The notes beneath the pieces are model-generated. The model did not search any database, was not told where the DNA came from, and saw only the letters and a list, made by a program, of their open reading frames with translations. A DNA stretch of 64,000 nt from Candidatus Bathyarchaeota archaeon (GTDB taxonomy: Archaea > Thermoproteota > Bathyarchaeia > Bathyarchaeales > Bathycorpusculaceae): the NCBI GenBank assembly GCA_963826715.1, contig CAWGYA010000005.1:125239-189238 (forward strand). The letters are read 5' to 3'. This document shows, one piece after another, positions 32,389 through 41,309 of this stretch; position 1 is the stretch's first letter, and each line of letters opens with the position of its first letter. The position numbers were made by a program, and so were the translations under genes.

Positions 32389-32789
32389 ACACTAAGGCTC
32401 TTGGGGCTGGCATACGATGTTATGTCGCCAAATATGGGGATAAACCCATTGCGTTTATTGCAGTTGCAAATGTGCACATGAAGGTACAGTATTATCGGGT
32501 CAGTCGGCTTGTTGTCCTTCCAGATTATCAAGGCATCGGTGTAGGCAAGCGGCTATTGAATTTTATGGCGGATCTCTACACAAGGCAGACTAAGCGTCCT
32601 TTCTATATTGTAACAAGCAATCCTCAACTTGCACGTGGCTTGGCGAATTGGAAGGTTAAGCGGTTTGGGCATGGCAGTTCGGGAAGAAATAACACAAGAA
32701 TAAATCGGGGGTTGGTTAAAGCGAACAGTAGAGGGCGCTTGACATTCACATTAGAGTATGTTCCAAATATGGGAGCGCCTAAACAATGA
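32298..32789 (+). CDS. GNAT acetyltransferase in the -1 frame, reached via an A9C slippery site
   Basis: KRRHPPINLSVHR...WQVFREHHYL...RVSRLVVLPDYQGIGVG. Confidence 0.85.
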   Translation, partial: KKKRRHPPINLSVHRCNLALWQVFREHHYLNTKALGAGIRCYVAKYGDKPIAFIAVANVHMKVQYYRVSRLVVLPDYQGIGVGKRLLNFMADLYTRQTKRPFYIVTSNPQLARGLANWKVKRFGHGSSGRNNTRINRGLVKANSRGRLTFTLEYVPNMGAPKQ

Positions 32790-32813
32790 CTTTTATCGCT
32801 TTCTTGGACAATT

Positions 32814-33350
32814 ATGTCCAAAATATGGGGGTACCCCATGGAACCTGAGTTGTTTAAGCGACGTCAAAGAATGCTTAGGCTATTGGCTGTCGGAAACTCG
32901 CTAAGCGCTATTGTCCAGACTCTAAGTGCAGAGTTTCATGTTAGCGAATGGGTAATTTACAAAGACCATAAACGGATGAAAACCTGGGTTCATGCTTTCG
33001 AGCAAGACGAGGTACTGGCATCTATTTTGCGGGCACGGTTGGACTTCTTGAATCGCGAAGCCATGGGTCTTCTAACTGAAGGCGACGACAAGAAGCCGCT
33101 AAGCGTCAAAGATAAGTTTGTGAAAATTGGCGCTCTAAATACTGCTCTCAAAATTACCGTTGAGCAAATTAAGGTCGGGCAGGAACTTGGGCTGATTGAG
33201 AGAAAACCCGAAGTAATTCAATCCGCGGTTAGTTTGGCTATGCCGTTTGAGGCGTCGCCCGAGATTAAGGCTGCCTACATCAAATTCGCTGAATCTCAAA
33301 GGGCTGACAAAGATGCCACAACAAAAGCTGAACCTGACGCCGGGAACTGA
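32814..33350 (+). CDS. terS: probable terminase small subunit
   Basis: N-terminal HTH-like segment; overlaps the TerL start. Confidence 0.65.
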   Translation: MSKIWGYPMEPELFKRRQRMLRLLAVGNSLSAIVQTLSAEFHVSEWVIYKDHKRMKTWVHAFEQDEVLASILRARLDFLNREAMGLLTEGDDKKPLSVKDKFVKIGALNTALKITVEQIKVGQELGLIERKPEVIQSAVSLAMPFEASPEIKAAYIKFAESQRADKDATTKAEPDAGN

Positions 33351-34581
33351 TTTCCTCCGATACTGCCCTCATCCTGCCCAGCTTCCTTTTCACGCAGGCA
33401 AAGGCATCTATAGCCAACGGGCTTGTCTCTGTGGAACGGGTTCGGGAAAGACAAAATGCGGGTTGGCTGAGGATATTCGCTGGGCGCTGGATTATCCTGG
33501 GAGCGTCGGCTTCATTTTTGAGCCATCTTACCCAATGATGAAGCGTATTCTCTTCCCAACATTGGAGAGCAAAGATTTCTTTGGCTGCCGCTATCCTTTT
33601 ACGCAAAATCCCTACGTGGCTGACTTTAACCGTGGGGACATGCGGCTGGATTGGTTTAACGGTTCGCAGTGGTGGTTTGTCTCGCTTGACGATCCAGAAA
33701 AAGCCGAGGGTCCTAACGTTGATTATGCGCATGTCGATGAGGCGCGGCTTGTTCGCCACTTCGACACAGCGTGGCTTACAGTTGTGCGTAGGCTTCGCAA
33801 AAGTGGCCGCTGCATGGTTCCAATTAATCCGGGCATTTGGCTTACGACAACGACCGATTCTCCCGGCAGCCCTTTGTATAATATCACGGAGAACCCTGAG
33901 ACGAATTCGCCTAATATGCGGATTTACCGTTGGAGCATCTTTGAGAACCCAACGTTGCCCAAAGAATTTTTGGCAGAAATTGTACGGACTCACACGGGTG
34001 GCTTAGCTGACCGCTTTATCTATGGCAAATTTGCCACTGTCGCCGCGGGTAGCTTGCCCTTTGACTCTTCAAAGCATATTCGGGAGTTGACTGATAAGGC
34101 GTTGATTAATCGGGTTAGCTTTGGCGTTGACTTCGGTTGGAGTGCACCCAGCGCTATTGTGGTGAACGTTTTTGATCCTGACGGCAGAGCCTACGCAGTG
34201 GATGAATTCTATAAACGTGAAACTACAGATGAAGAGTTAGCGGAGGCAGCCAAAGACTTGCAAGAGACATGGGGTGAGGGAACGTTTTGGTGCGATGCCC
34301 GCTTTCCCCAGTCAATTTTAAAGCTTTGCCGTGCAGGATTAGACGCTAAGCCCTACACTTTCAAACGGGACGATGGGCTGAGGGAACTTGGCAGCCGCCT
34401 GACTCCTGCGAGCGATGGGAAGCCTCGCCAGTTTGTAAGCAAACGCTGTGTCAACCTTATCAGCGAGTTGTTGGAGTATCGGGAAGACATCAAGGAGAAT
34501 GACCATGCGACTGATGCTCTGCGGTATAGTTTGCCGCTGGAGCAAGAAGAGAAGCCGTTTTTGTATGTAGTTAGGCGTTGA
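33313..34581 (+). CDS. terL: terminase large subunit
   Basis: GTGSGKT, AHVDEA, GVDFGWSAP, ENDHATDALRY. Confidence 0.95.
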   Translation: MPQQKLNLTPGTDFLRYCPHPAQLPFHAGKGIYSQRACLCGTGSGKTKCGLAEDIRWALDYPGSVGFIFEPSYPMMKRILFPTLESKDFFGCRYPFTQNPYVADFNRGDMRLDWFNGSQWWFVSLDDPEKAEGPNVDYAHVDEARLVRHFDTAWLTVVRRLRKSGRCMVPINPGIWLTTTTDSPGSPLYNITENPETNSPNMRIYRWSIFENPTLPKEFLAEIVRTHTGGLADRFIYGKFATVAAGSLPFDSSKHIRELTDKALINRVSFGVDFGWSAPSAIVVNVFDPDGRAYAVDEFYKRETTDEELAEAAKDLQETWGEGTFWCDARFPQSILKLCRAGLDAKPYTFKRDDGLRELGSRLTPASDGKPRQFVSKRCVNLISELLEYREDIKENDHATDALRYSLPLEQEEKPFLYVVRR

Positions 34582-34621
34582 CGCCCTCAAATAGCAAGAA
34601 TATAAGCACTTAGCAAGTGAA

Positions 34622-34858
34622 CTATTCTTCTATTTTGAAGAATTCGCCAATTTGAGTGAGATGCAAATTAGCTCTGTCAAGAATAGGTTGTAAGGACTGT
34701 CTTGTACAAGTATCAAAAGAGCCTTTGAGCATTAGAGAGCATACGCCTTTATCATCATTAATAGAGATCGAGTTAAAGTCGATTTTGTATTCGGAAGTAT
34801 TTAGAATTTCTTTGAGAACCACTAACGCCTTATCTCTATTCATAGCAGAGTTCTCCAC
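34622..34858 (-). CDS. small hypothetical cargo protein
   Basis: Co-oriented downstream of the kinase; AT-rich. Confidence 0.55.
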   Translation of the reverse strand: MENSAMNRDKALVVLKEILNTSEYKIDFNSISINDDKGVCSLMLKGSFDTCTRQSLQPILDRANLHLTQIGEFFKIEE

Positions 34859-34947
34859 TAACTTGAGTCACATGATATTGTTTAAAAGGTTTAGGTATTT
34901 GGCAACATAGGGCTTAGTTGATGTGCAAAAATACATCAACAAGGAAG

Positions 34948-36669
34948 TTAATTCTGCGGTAGCTCGATTGTGAACTTTGTGCCCTTGTCTTCTTGGCTTT
35001 CAAAAGTGACGGTTCCACCCATTGCTTCGGTCATACGCTTGACTACTGCTAAGCCGAAGCCTTGCCCCTTTGATTTTGTGGTAAACATTGGCGTAAACAA
35101 TTTAGCTTTCGCCTTCTCTGGTATGCCAACGCCCGTATCTTCCAAAGTTATAATGACATTGTTTTTCTTTTTGTCTTTATAGGCATGTATTGATAGTTTT
35201 CCACCCATGGGCATGGCTTGAATCGCATTATTTACCAAATTAAACAGTATACGATTTAAGAATGAAGAATCAGCTCTGATTCTTCGGACCTCGCTTTCCA
35301 CCTTAACACTTATCTTAACATTCTCTGCCAAAACATTCTTTGACAGCAAATCATCAATTACAAGTTTTGTATCAATATCCTCGAAAGTTGGGGTGAGTGC
35401 TCTGGCAAAGTCTTGCAAATCAGCCACGATCTTGTTAATGTAGTAAACGTTCTTCTCAATTCCCTCCAAACTTTCATGGACATTTTGCTTCGTTTCGCAT
35501 TCGGGCATTGTACTCAGATCAGACTTAAGCAAATATACATCACTGGCAATCGCCTGCAATGGATTACGAATATCATGACCGACCATACCCGCAGTAGCAC
35601 CGATAGCGGCCAAACGCTCAGAATCTTTAAGCTGCTTAGTGCGCTCTTCAACAATCTTCTCTAAATTCGTAGTGTATTTCTGCAATTCTATTTGCGCTTG
35701 CTGTAATACTTCTTCAGCTTTTCTGCGCTCTGTTATATCTTGGACTGTACCAAAACCACCGAGTAATTCGCCTTTTTGGTTGGATTCCAACTCAGCTTTT
35801 TCTCTTACCCATATAACATTTCCATTAACAATAATCCTATGTTCAATATCATAGGGCTTGCCTTTTAGAGCTGCATCCCATTGCTGATTAACATATTCAC
35901 AGTCGTCAGGATGAACCCTTTGCAGGAACTTATCATACGACATTTTAGTGCCTGTTGGAATACCAAAAATGTGGTAAGTCTCATCAGACCAGAATAAATC
36001 TCCTTTAATCGTGACTCTCCAGCTACCAGTTTTAGCTACAGCCTGCGCACGGTTCAAATCATTACGGCTTTCTGTTAGCTGTTCCTTGATTTTAGTCTCC
36101 TCTTCGAGCATTTCTGCCAATTTGAGGTTTGCTAACCCTTTCTTTGATAACATCTTCGTTAGGTCGGTATAAAACGACATCAGGCGCTCTACTTCGGCAC
36201 GCTTCAATCTTGGGACATTTTTGAGGGCGCAAAGATACTCTTTCTTATCAAAGCCGTATTTCTCTGCCTGAGCAAGGAAGCGGTTAATATCCTCTGGCTC
36301 TTCCTCAAAGAAAAATTGCCCTGAGAAAATGTTGCCAACGTGTTTTCCGCCTATAAACAATGGCGTCACTGTATCGATAAGACCGTTTTTACACTTGTAG
36401 ATTCGGTATTCGCCCTCTTTTACTCCCTTTGTTAGTTCAAGGTCGCTTTCTCGGCAGTTGTTGAGTGTTTGAGGGTTTTTGCGATGGAACTTTGCACATA
36501 TATCTTGCCAGCTTGTACCGATTAGTATTTTTCCATCGAGGTCAAGAAGGTAAAAACCTATTCCGGTAATCTTAGTTAAATCTTCCATCATTGCTTGTAG
36601 TGCAGGTAGGTCTATTATCTTGGCGATGTCTTGGGCGTTAACGCCTACGCTGGAAGCTTCCGTAGCCAT
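34948..36669 (-). CDS. PocR-PAS histidine kinase (proviral cargo)
   Basis: WQDICAKFHR...CRESD...YKCKNGL (PocR); WSDETYHIFG, VHPDD (PAS); GHDIRNPL; HATPase boxes. Confidence 0.92.
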   Translation of the reverse strand: MATEASSVGVNAQDIAKIIDLPALQAMMEDLTKITGIGFYLLDLDGKILIGTSWQDICAKFHRKNPQTLNNCRESDLELTKGVKEGEYRIYKCKNGLIDTVTPLFIGGKHVGNIFSGQFFFEEEPEDINRFLAQAEKYGFDKKEYLCALKNVPRLKRAEVERLMSFYTDLTKMLSKKGLANLKLAEMLEEETKIKEQLTESRNDLNRAQAVAKTGSWRVTIKGDLFWSDETYHIFGIPTGTKMSYDKFLQRVHPDDCEYVNQQWDAALKGKPYDIEHRIIVNGNVIWVREKAELESNQKGELLGGFGTVQDITERRKAEEVLQQAQIELQKYTTNLEKIVEERTKQLKDSERLAAIGATAGMVGHDIRNPLQAIASDVYLLKSDLSTMPECETKQNVHESLEGIEKNVYYINKIVADLQDFARALTPTFEDIDTKLVIDDLLSKNVLAENVKISVKVESEVRRIRADSSFLNRILFNLVNNAIQAMPMGGKLSIHAYKDKKKNNVIITLEDTGVGIPEKAKAKLFTPMFTTKSKGQGFGLAVVKRMTEAMGGTVTFESQEDKGTKFTIELPQN

Positions 36670-36823
36670 ACAAGTGACCCTTTAAAAAAAGTACGGTAAC
36701 TTCGTTCATATAAAAACATTTGTTGTAGCAAACTAGCAACCACAAACAACCCCACCAAGCACATGCGTTCCAGAAAAGCTTTCATCAGCCTCCAACTCTG
36801 ATTTCTCGTTTTCAGCTTCAGCG

Positions 36824-36848
36824 TTGACTATATGTTAATTCTTATAAA
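36824..36848 (+). promoter_or_regulatory. viral promoter-like motif, copy 2
   Basis: TTGACTATATGTTAA-ttc-TTATAAA. Confidence 0.65.
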
Positions 36849-36977
36849 CTAACTTTGGTGATAGGGCTATTTTGTGTAGGCAGCTCTGGGGAAAGCGGTA
36901 AGCTTTAACCTCTCCCCGGGGCTGCGGGCTTGCTGTTTTCCCCATGGGTTGACCGAGACTTCAGGTCTGTTGCTAAA

Positions 36978-37838
36978 TTGAGTGAAGGTTCGGGCTGTGG
37001 GAAATGCAAGCGAGTTCATGAGCAGATAGCTCAGATTCTGCCTTTTCGAGTTCTGGAAGCCGCTGAAGGTAAGCCATTGCGGATTGCAGGCGTCGCTATG
37101 ACTGCAGGCATGTCCCGTAATCATAACGTTTACACTTCTGAAGAGTTGGAGGCTTTTGCTCCAAAACTTGTTGGGGCACCCATCTATCTTGAGCATGTCG
37201 CCGTTGAATCAGCCATCGGAAAGGTTACTAACTGCGTTTTTGATGCCCCATCCAAGAGCTTACGGTACGAAGCGGAGATTTACGACGCAGCTATGGCTGA
37301 GAAGATCCGTCAGGGTTTGATTCAGCATGTGAGTGTTGGGGCAGACTACGATGCACTTGATACAGCCAACGTGCCGCATGGGTTGCATAACGCGGAGATG
37401 TCGCTTGTTGCAGTGCCCGGTATTCCTGAAACCAACATCCAGGTTCTAGAAGCTTTACAGAAGGGGGTTAGGGGTTTGGAAGAAAAGGAGATTGAAAAGG
37501 TCGCTGAGAAAGTCGCTGCCAAGATCGGCGAGAAAAATTCTCTTGAAATTGAGGGTCTAAAAACAAAGCTTTTGGAAGCGGAGGGTAAGTTGGTGGCTGC
37601 TGAGGGTAAACTTGCCGAAGCCAACAGGACAGTTGAGCAGTTAAAGCAGCTTGTACCCGGTGTAGACTTGCTGAAGAATCCGCCCAAACTGATGCCTGTT
37701 TCTGAGGCTGTCAATATGGTTAAGGAAGCAATGCCTGCGTCGATGATTCAGCGTTCATGGGGACTTGGCCCTCAACGCATGTGTCAGGACCTGCAGCGTG
37801 TCATCCAGAAACTTGAAACTAGGGCTGGTGGCAAGTAA
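36978..37838 (+). CDS. prohead protease with C-terminal scaffold-like coiled coil (start uncertain, 36930-36978)
   Basis: IAGVAMTAGMSRN, IYLEH, VSVG, EMSLVAVPG; EGKL repeats. Confidence 0.85.
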   Translation: MSEGSGCGKCKRVHEQIAQILPFRVLEAAEGKPLRIAGVAMTAGMSRNHNVYTSEELEAFAPKLVGAPIYLEHVAVESAIGKVTNCVFDAPSKSLRYEAEIYDAAMAEKIRQGLIQHVSVGADYDALDTANVPHGLHNAEMSLVAVPGIPETNIQVLEALQKGVRGLEEKEIEKVAEKVAAKIGEKNSLEIEGLKTKLLEAEGKLVAAEGKLAEANRTVEQLKQLVPGVDLLKNPPKLMPVSEAVNMVKEAMPASMIQRSWGLGPQRMCQDLQRVIQKLETRAGGK

Positions 37839-38050
37839 TGGCTGAGAAATCTGCCGAGGGAAAACTCCACGAAGTCGATGATGTCGAAGCTGATGCGGTT
37901 ATTGAGTTTGCAAGTAGGGCTATTCCTCATAACGAGATGCTTGGTCGTGTTATCCGCAACATGTACAAGCGCATTCAGGAGTTAGAAGCCCAAATTAAGG
38001 ACCTACAAGCGAAGCAAAAAAAGGCCACCGCTAAAGTTGGAGGTCCATAG
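37838..38050 (+). CDS. small coiled-coil viral protein
   Basis: Translationally coupled (TAATG). Confidence 0.65.
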   Translation: MAEKSAEGKLHEVDDVEADAVIEFASRAIPHNEMLGRVIRNMYKRIQELEAQIKDLQAKQKKATAKVGGP

Positions 38051-38128
38051 TTTTGCTCACTTTTGTGGGGCTAGTAGCGCCAGGACGAACTGGTGTGAAC
38101 GCAGAAAGAATAAGGAGATTGATTTTAG

Positions 38129-38554
38129 ATGACTGATTTAACTGGAAAATCTTGGATGGCTGTAGGAGAAACTGACGATCCAAACGCTGTTATAGAATCT
38201 TTTGAAGCAGGTGCAGGCATCACTAAAGGCTCACCGGTTTACTTAAGTGCAGACGATAAGGTTTCCGCCAGCCCAGGCGGAGACAACGCAGTAGGAATTG
38301 CTATGAAAACCGTTTTGACTGGTCAGCGGTGCCCAGTGCTAACCCATGGGAGAGTCAAAGTGACAGCTGGCGGCGCTATAGCAAGAGGTACAGCGGTCTG
38401 CAGTGCTGCTGCTGGCAAAGTGATTCAACTTGTCGATCAAGCTGTTGACGAGGGCGGCGCTGCGAAATACACCATTTTCTTCAACCGCAGACTTGGCTAT
38501 GCACTAGAGACTACTACGCAGGACACCGACCTCCTGTTCATTGAGGTGGGATAA
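38129..38554 (+). CDS. capsid decoration/cement protein (DUF2190-like)
   Basis: AGAGITKGSPV...AVGIA...GRVKVTAGGAIARG; immediately upstream of the MCP. Confidence 0.75.
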   Translation: MTDLTGKSWMAVGETDDPNAVIESFEAGAGITKGSPVYLSADDKVSASPGGDNAVGIAMKTVLTGQRCPVLTHGRVKVTAGGAIARGTAVCSAAAGKVIQLVDQAVDEGGAAKYTIFFNRRLGYALETTTQDTDLLFIEVG

Positions 38555-39507
38555 TGAAGCCCAAACTCTACGAGTCATTGATGCAGAAAGACGCTGGATT
38601 CAAAGAAGTCATGGAAAAACTCAAACTGAAAACCGACCATCCATTCCTGAAACGATATTCCGCTTTGGGAGTGAAGGAAGGCTTCTTCAGCGACATGTCA
38701 GGCGCTCTTGGCAGAATGCATGATACGATGGTTGATGCTGCATGGCCTGAACTGATTGGCCGTAGCATAATCAACGTAATGCCAACCAACGAAGCCATGG
38801 AACGCTTCCCAATCGATGCAGGCGCAACCGCTTACGAATACGCTGAAGGCACCATTACCCGGCTCTCAGGCAAAAAAGCCTCAACTGTTGACATCAACGC
38901 AAACATTCTGGCAGACTCTTCAGACGAGTGGACAAGGGAATACCTTGAAGACGCATCTTGGAACGTCATGGACCGTGCAACACAGAACATCGGCAACGCC
39001 CTAGGAGTCAAAGAGACCGAGAAGATTCTGGCGCTATACACTGCTGTCTTAGCTGCTGACCTGGCTACCGGTGCAGACTTGGCAGGCGGCGGTACTGTGA
39101 TGAGCTGGACAAAGCTGCTTAGCTTGTGGCATGCTGTTAAGTCTGAGAAGCGAAGAGCAACTGTTATCGCCCTAAACGATATGCAGGTTGCACAGCTCCT
39201 CAACGATAGCACCTTCACAAACGCACAGTCTCTACCAGCAGCACAAACCGACCTCGAAGCAGGCGTTGTCAGTGGCGCACTGGGCATGAAGATTGTTTCA
39301 AGCCCACTTGTCACCAACGGTGTTGCATTCGCCATCGATACACGTGTTGCCTCCGCGATGCTTCTACGCCGAGACGTAACTGTCGAGGACTGGGAAGATG
39401 TCAAGAACGGCAAATACGATGTCAGAGCCACAACTCGCTTTGGCTTAGGCGTCCTGGATTCCAAAGGTATTGCAAGAATGACAAACATCAAGACGACAAT
39501 CACTTAA
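38554..39507 (+). CDS. major capsid protein, HK97 fold
   Basis: Position and size; EWTREYLED, GALGMKIVSSPLV, RFGLGVLDSKGIA. Confidence 0.88.
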   Translation: MKPKLYESLMQKDAGFKEVMEKLKLKTDHPFLKRYSALGVKEGFFSDMSGALGRMHDTMVDAAWPELIGRSIINVMPTNEAMERFPIDAGATAYEYAEGTITRLSGKKASTVDINANILADSSDEWTREYLEDASWNVMDRATQNIGNALGVKETEKILALYTAVLAADLATGADLAGGGTVMSWTKLLSLWHAVKSEKRRATVIALNDMQVAQLLNDSTFTNAQSLPAAQTDLEAGVVSGALGMKIVSSPLVTNGVAFAIDTRVASAMLLRRDVTVEDWEDVKNGKYDVRATTRFGLGVLDSKGIARMTNIKTTIT

Positions 39508-39518
39508 ACGGCGTATTG

Positions 39519-39538
39519 CCTGTTTTTCCCTTTTTTTG
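39519..39538 (+). terminator. oligo-T terminator-like tract after the MCP gene
   Basis: TGTTTTTCCCTTTTTTT. Confidence 0.4.
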
Positions 39539-39565
39539 GGTATCAAATCATTGGGGGTCTAAGCA

Positions 39566-40813
39566 TTGAGTAACGTTTACAGAAAGATCCGTGAGGTCCT
39601 CTCCTATGCGCCTGTTTCAGGCGTGGCAAAGCCGAATGGTAGAGTTTTCTTTGATACTTCCTGCATTCCCCTAATTGATGTTATGAAGCTCTATGACCGT
39701 GACCCAACCTGCAAGGCAAGCGTGGATCTGTTGGCTGCTTCTACAGTTGGCATGGGCTTCTACACTACAGTTGACGAAACCTATGATAAAGCGAAGGAAG
39801 CCAAAGCCGCTGTGGATAATTTCTGCGAAGACATCAACTTGGACGGCTTGCTAAACGATATGGCAAAGCCGCTGATTGGCTGCGGGAACGATTTTTGGCT
39901 TAAATTAACTCCTGACAAACTCACCGAAACCTTGCGCATGCCCATAGATGCCGTGCAGCGTATTGGGCTTAGCAGTGTGCCCGACCTAAAGCTTCCTTAC
40001 AAGGTTACAGGTTATCAACTTAGGAGCATCTATCGAGGTAATAGCAACCAAGACGGGGAACTAAAGCCAGAAGCGGTTATTCACTGGCACCTAGACGGCG
40101 ACATTCCCTCTGGCTACGGCGTTGGCTTGCTACAGGTGCTTTTGCACACATTAACCGTTGATTCGGATAAACGCCCGGCTGTTGCTTGGATGAAAGCCAA
40201 AATCGAGCGCATCATGCCAAAGATTTTCGAGAAATACGCGGGACCCGACGTTTTGGCAATGCTGGAGGGCGTCGATGAACAGACGGTGAAGTCTTTTGAG
40301 CAGGCCATCAAGAACCGTGATGAAGAGGGCGCTTGGCTATTCTACAACAAAAAAATCGATTTAAAGCCGGTTACGATTGACCCACGAGCGCAGGGCTTTG
40401 TTTACTACATCGACCATATCATTAACCAGTTCTATTTGGGCTTGGAAACGCCTCTGCCGAGGTTGTTTAGCACTCCAGGCTTTACTGAAGCATCGGCTAG
40501 GGCAGCGTTGGATTTGCAGGATATGCTCATAAAACCCGTCCAACGCTATATCAAACGCCAAGTGGAACGGGAAATCTTCTTACCCATTGTTACTCAAGCT
40601 GGGCTTGACCCTGTTAAGGCTAAGGCGAGGTTGAATTATGGTAGCCCCGAAACGCCAGAGTTGAGTTCAGCCGATCTCATCAAGGCTGCTGAAGCTGGGT
40701 TGATTCGCCAAGAGGAGTTCCGTAAGAACGCCGTGAAATTTGGTTGGGAACTTTGGGAAGAGAAGTCAAACGTGCGACATGATAGCAGTAAACAGCTTGT
40801 CCAAAGAGGATAA
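39566..40813 (+). CDS. portal protein
   Basis: 415 aa; GCGNDF, EAVIHW...GYGVGLL, LGLETP, IKPVQRYIKRQVE; head-module context. Confidence 0.8.
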   Translation: MSNVYRKIREVLSYAPVSGVAKPNGRVFFDTSCIPLIDVMKLYDRDPTCKASVDLLAASTVGMGFYTTVDETYDKAKEAKAAVDNFCEDINLDGLLNDMAKPLIGCGNDFWLKLTPDKLTETLRMPIDAVQRIGLSSVPDLKLPYKVTGYQLRSIYRGNSNQDGELKPEAVIHWHLDGDIPSGYGVGLLQVLLHTLTVDSDKRPAVAWMKAKIERIMPKIFEKYAGPDVLAMLEGVDEQTVKSFEQAIKNRDEEGAWLFYNKKIDLKPVTIDPRAQGFVYYIDHIINQFYLGLETPLPRLFSTPGFTEASARAALDLQDMLIKPVQRYIKRQVEREIFLPIVTQAGLDPVKAKARLNYGSPETPELSSADLIKAAEAGLIRQEEFRKNAVKFGWELWEEKSNVRHDSSKQLVQRG

Positions 40814-40908
40814 AAAACGCTCTCTTTTCGCTCGTTCAAGTAGCGTCTTGCGAATAAACCTGATTTCACGTCGAAACGCTTTTACCTTTAAAAATAGATT
40901 TTATTAAT

Positions 40909-41265
40909 GTGACAAATTCTGACAGTATTATGGTTTGTGTAATCGATAATGTGTTAAGATCCCTTCCTGAAAAGGATCACTTCTATATAGAGCTCCAAAA
41001 ATTGGGGCTTACCCTTGAAGATATACCCGAAAACCTGTACAGTTTCCATGAAGTCCTAAAAAACACGTTTGGAAAACATCATTACTCCGTTGAAAATCAA
41101 ATAATCAAATTTCTGCATGAAAATGTTAAACAGGGAATCTATGAAGAGAAAGACGCCTCTAAGATAGCCATCCAACTAATCGATGTATTTACTAAAGAAC
41201 ACAAAAAAGAGATAGAAGCAACCAAGGATGCGTTGAGTCAAAACACTTACTTGCGAATGCACTAA
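40909..41265 (+). CDS. DUF3227/NitrOD5-like small protein (cargo)
   Basis: IDNVLRSL...EDIPENLYSFHEVLKNTFG...ENQIIKFL pattern; upstream of the kinase. Confidence 0.55.
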   Translation: MTNSDSIMVCVIDNVLRSLPEKDHFYIELQKLGLTLEDIPENLYSFHEVLKNTFGKHHYSVENQIIKFLHENVKQGIYEEKDASKIAIQLIDVFTKEHKKEIEATKDALSQNTYLRMH

Positions 41266-41309
41266 GTTAATAAAAGAAGAATCGCTTTTTTAATTATTAA
41301 TTTGGGTGA

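Noticed and set aside
33280-34006. Long alternative-frame ORFs in terL, and similar shadows at 38832-39503, 46904-47383 and 53631-54158
   Set aside because: They overlap well-supported genes and show no recognisable motifs.
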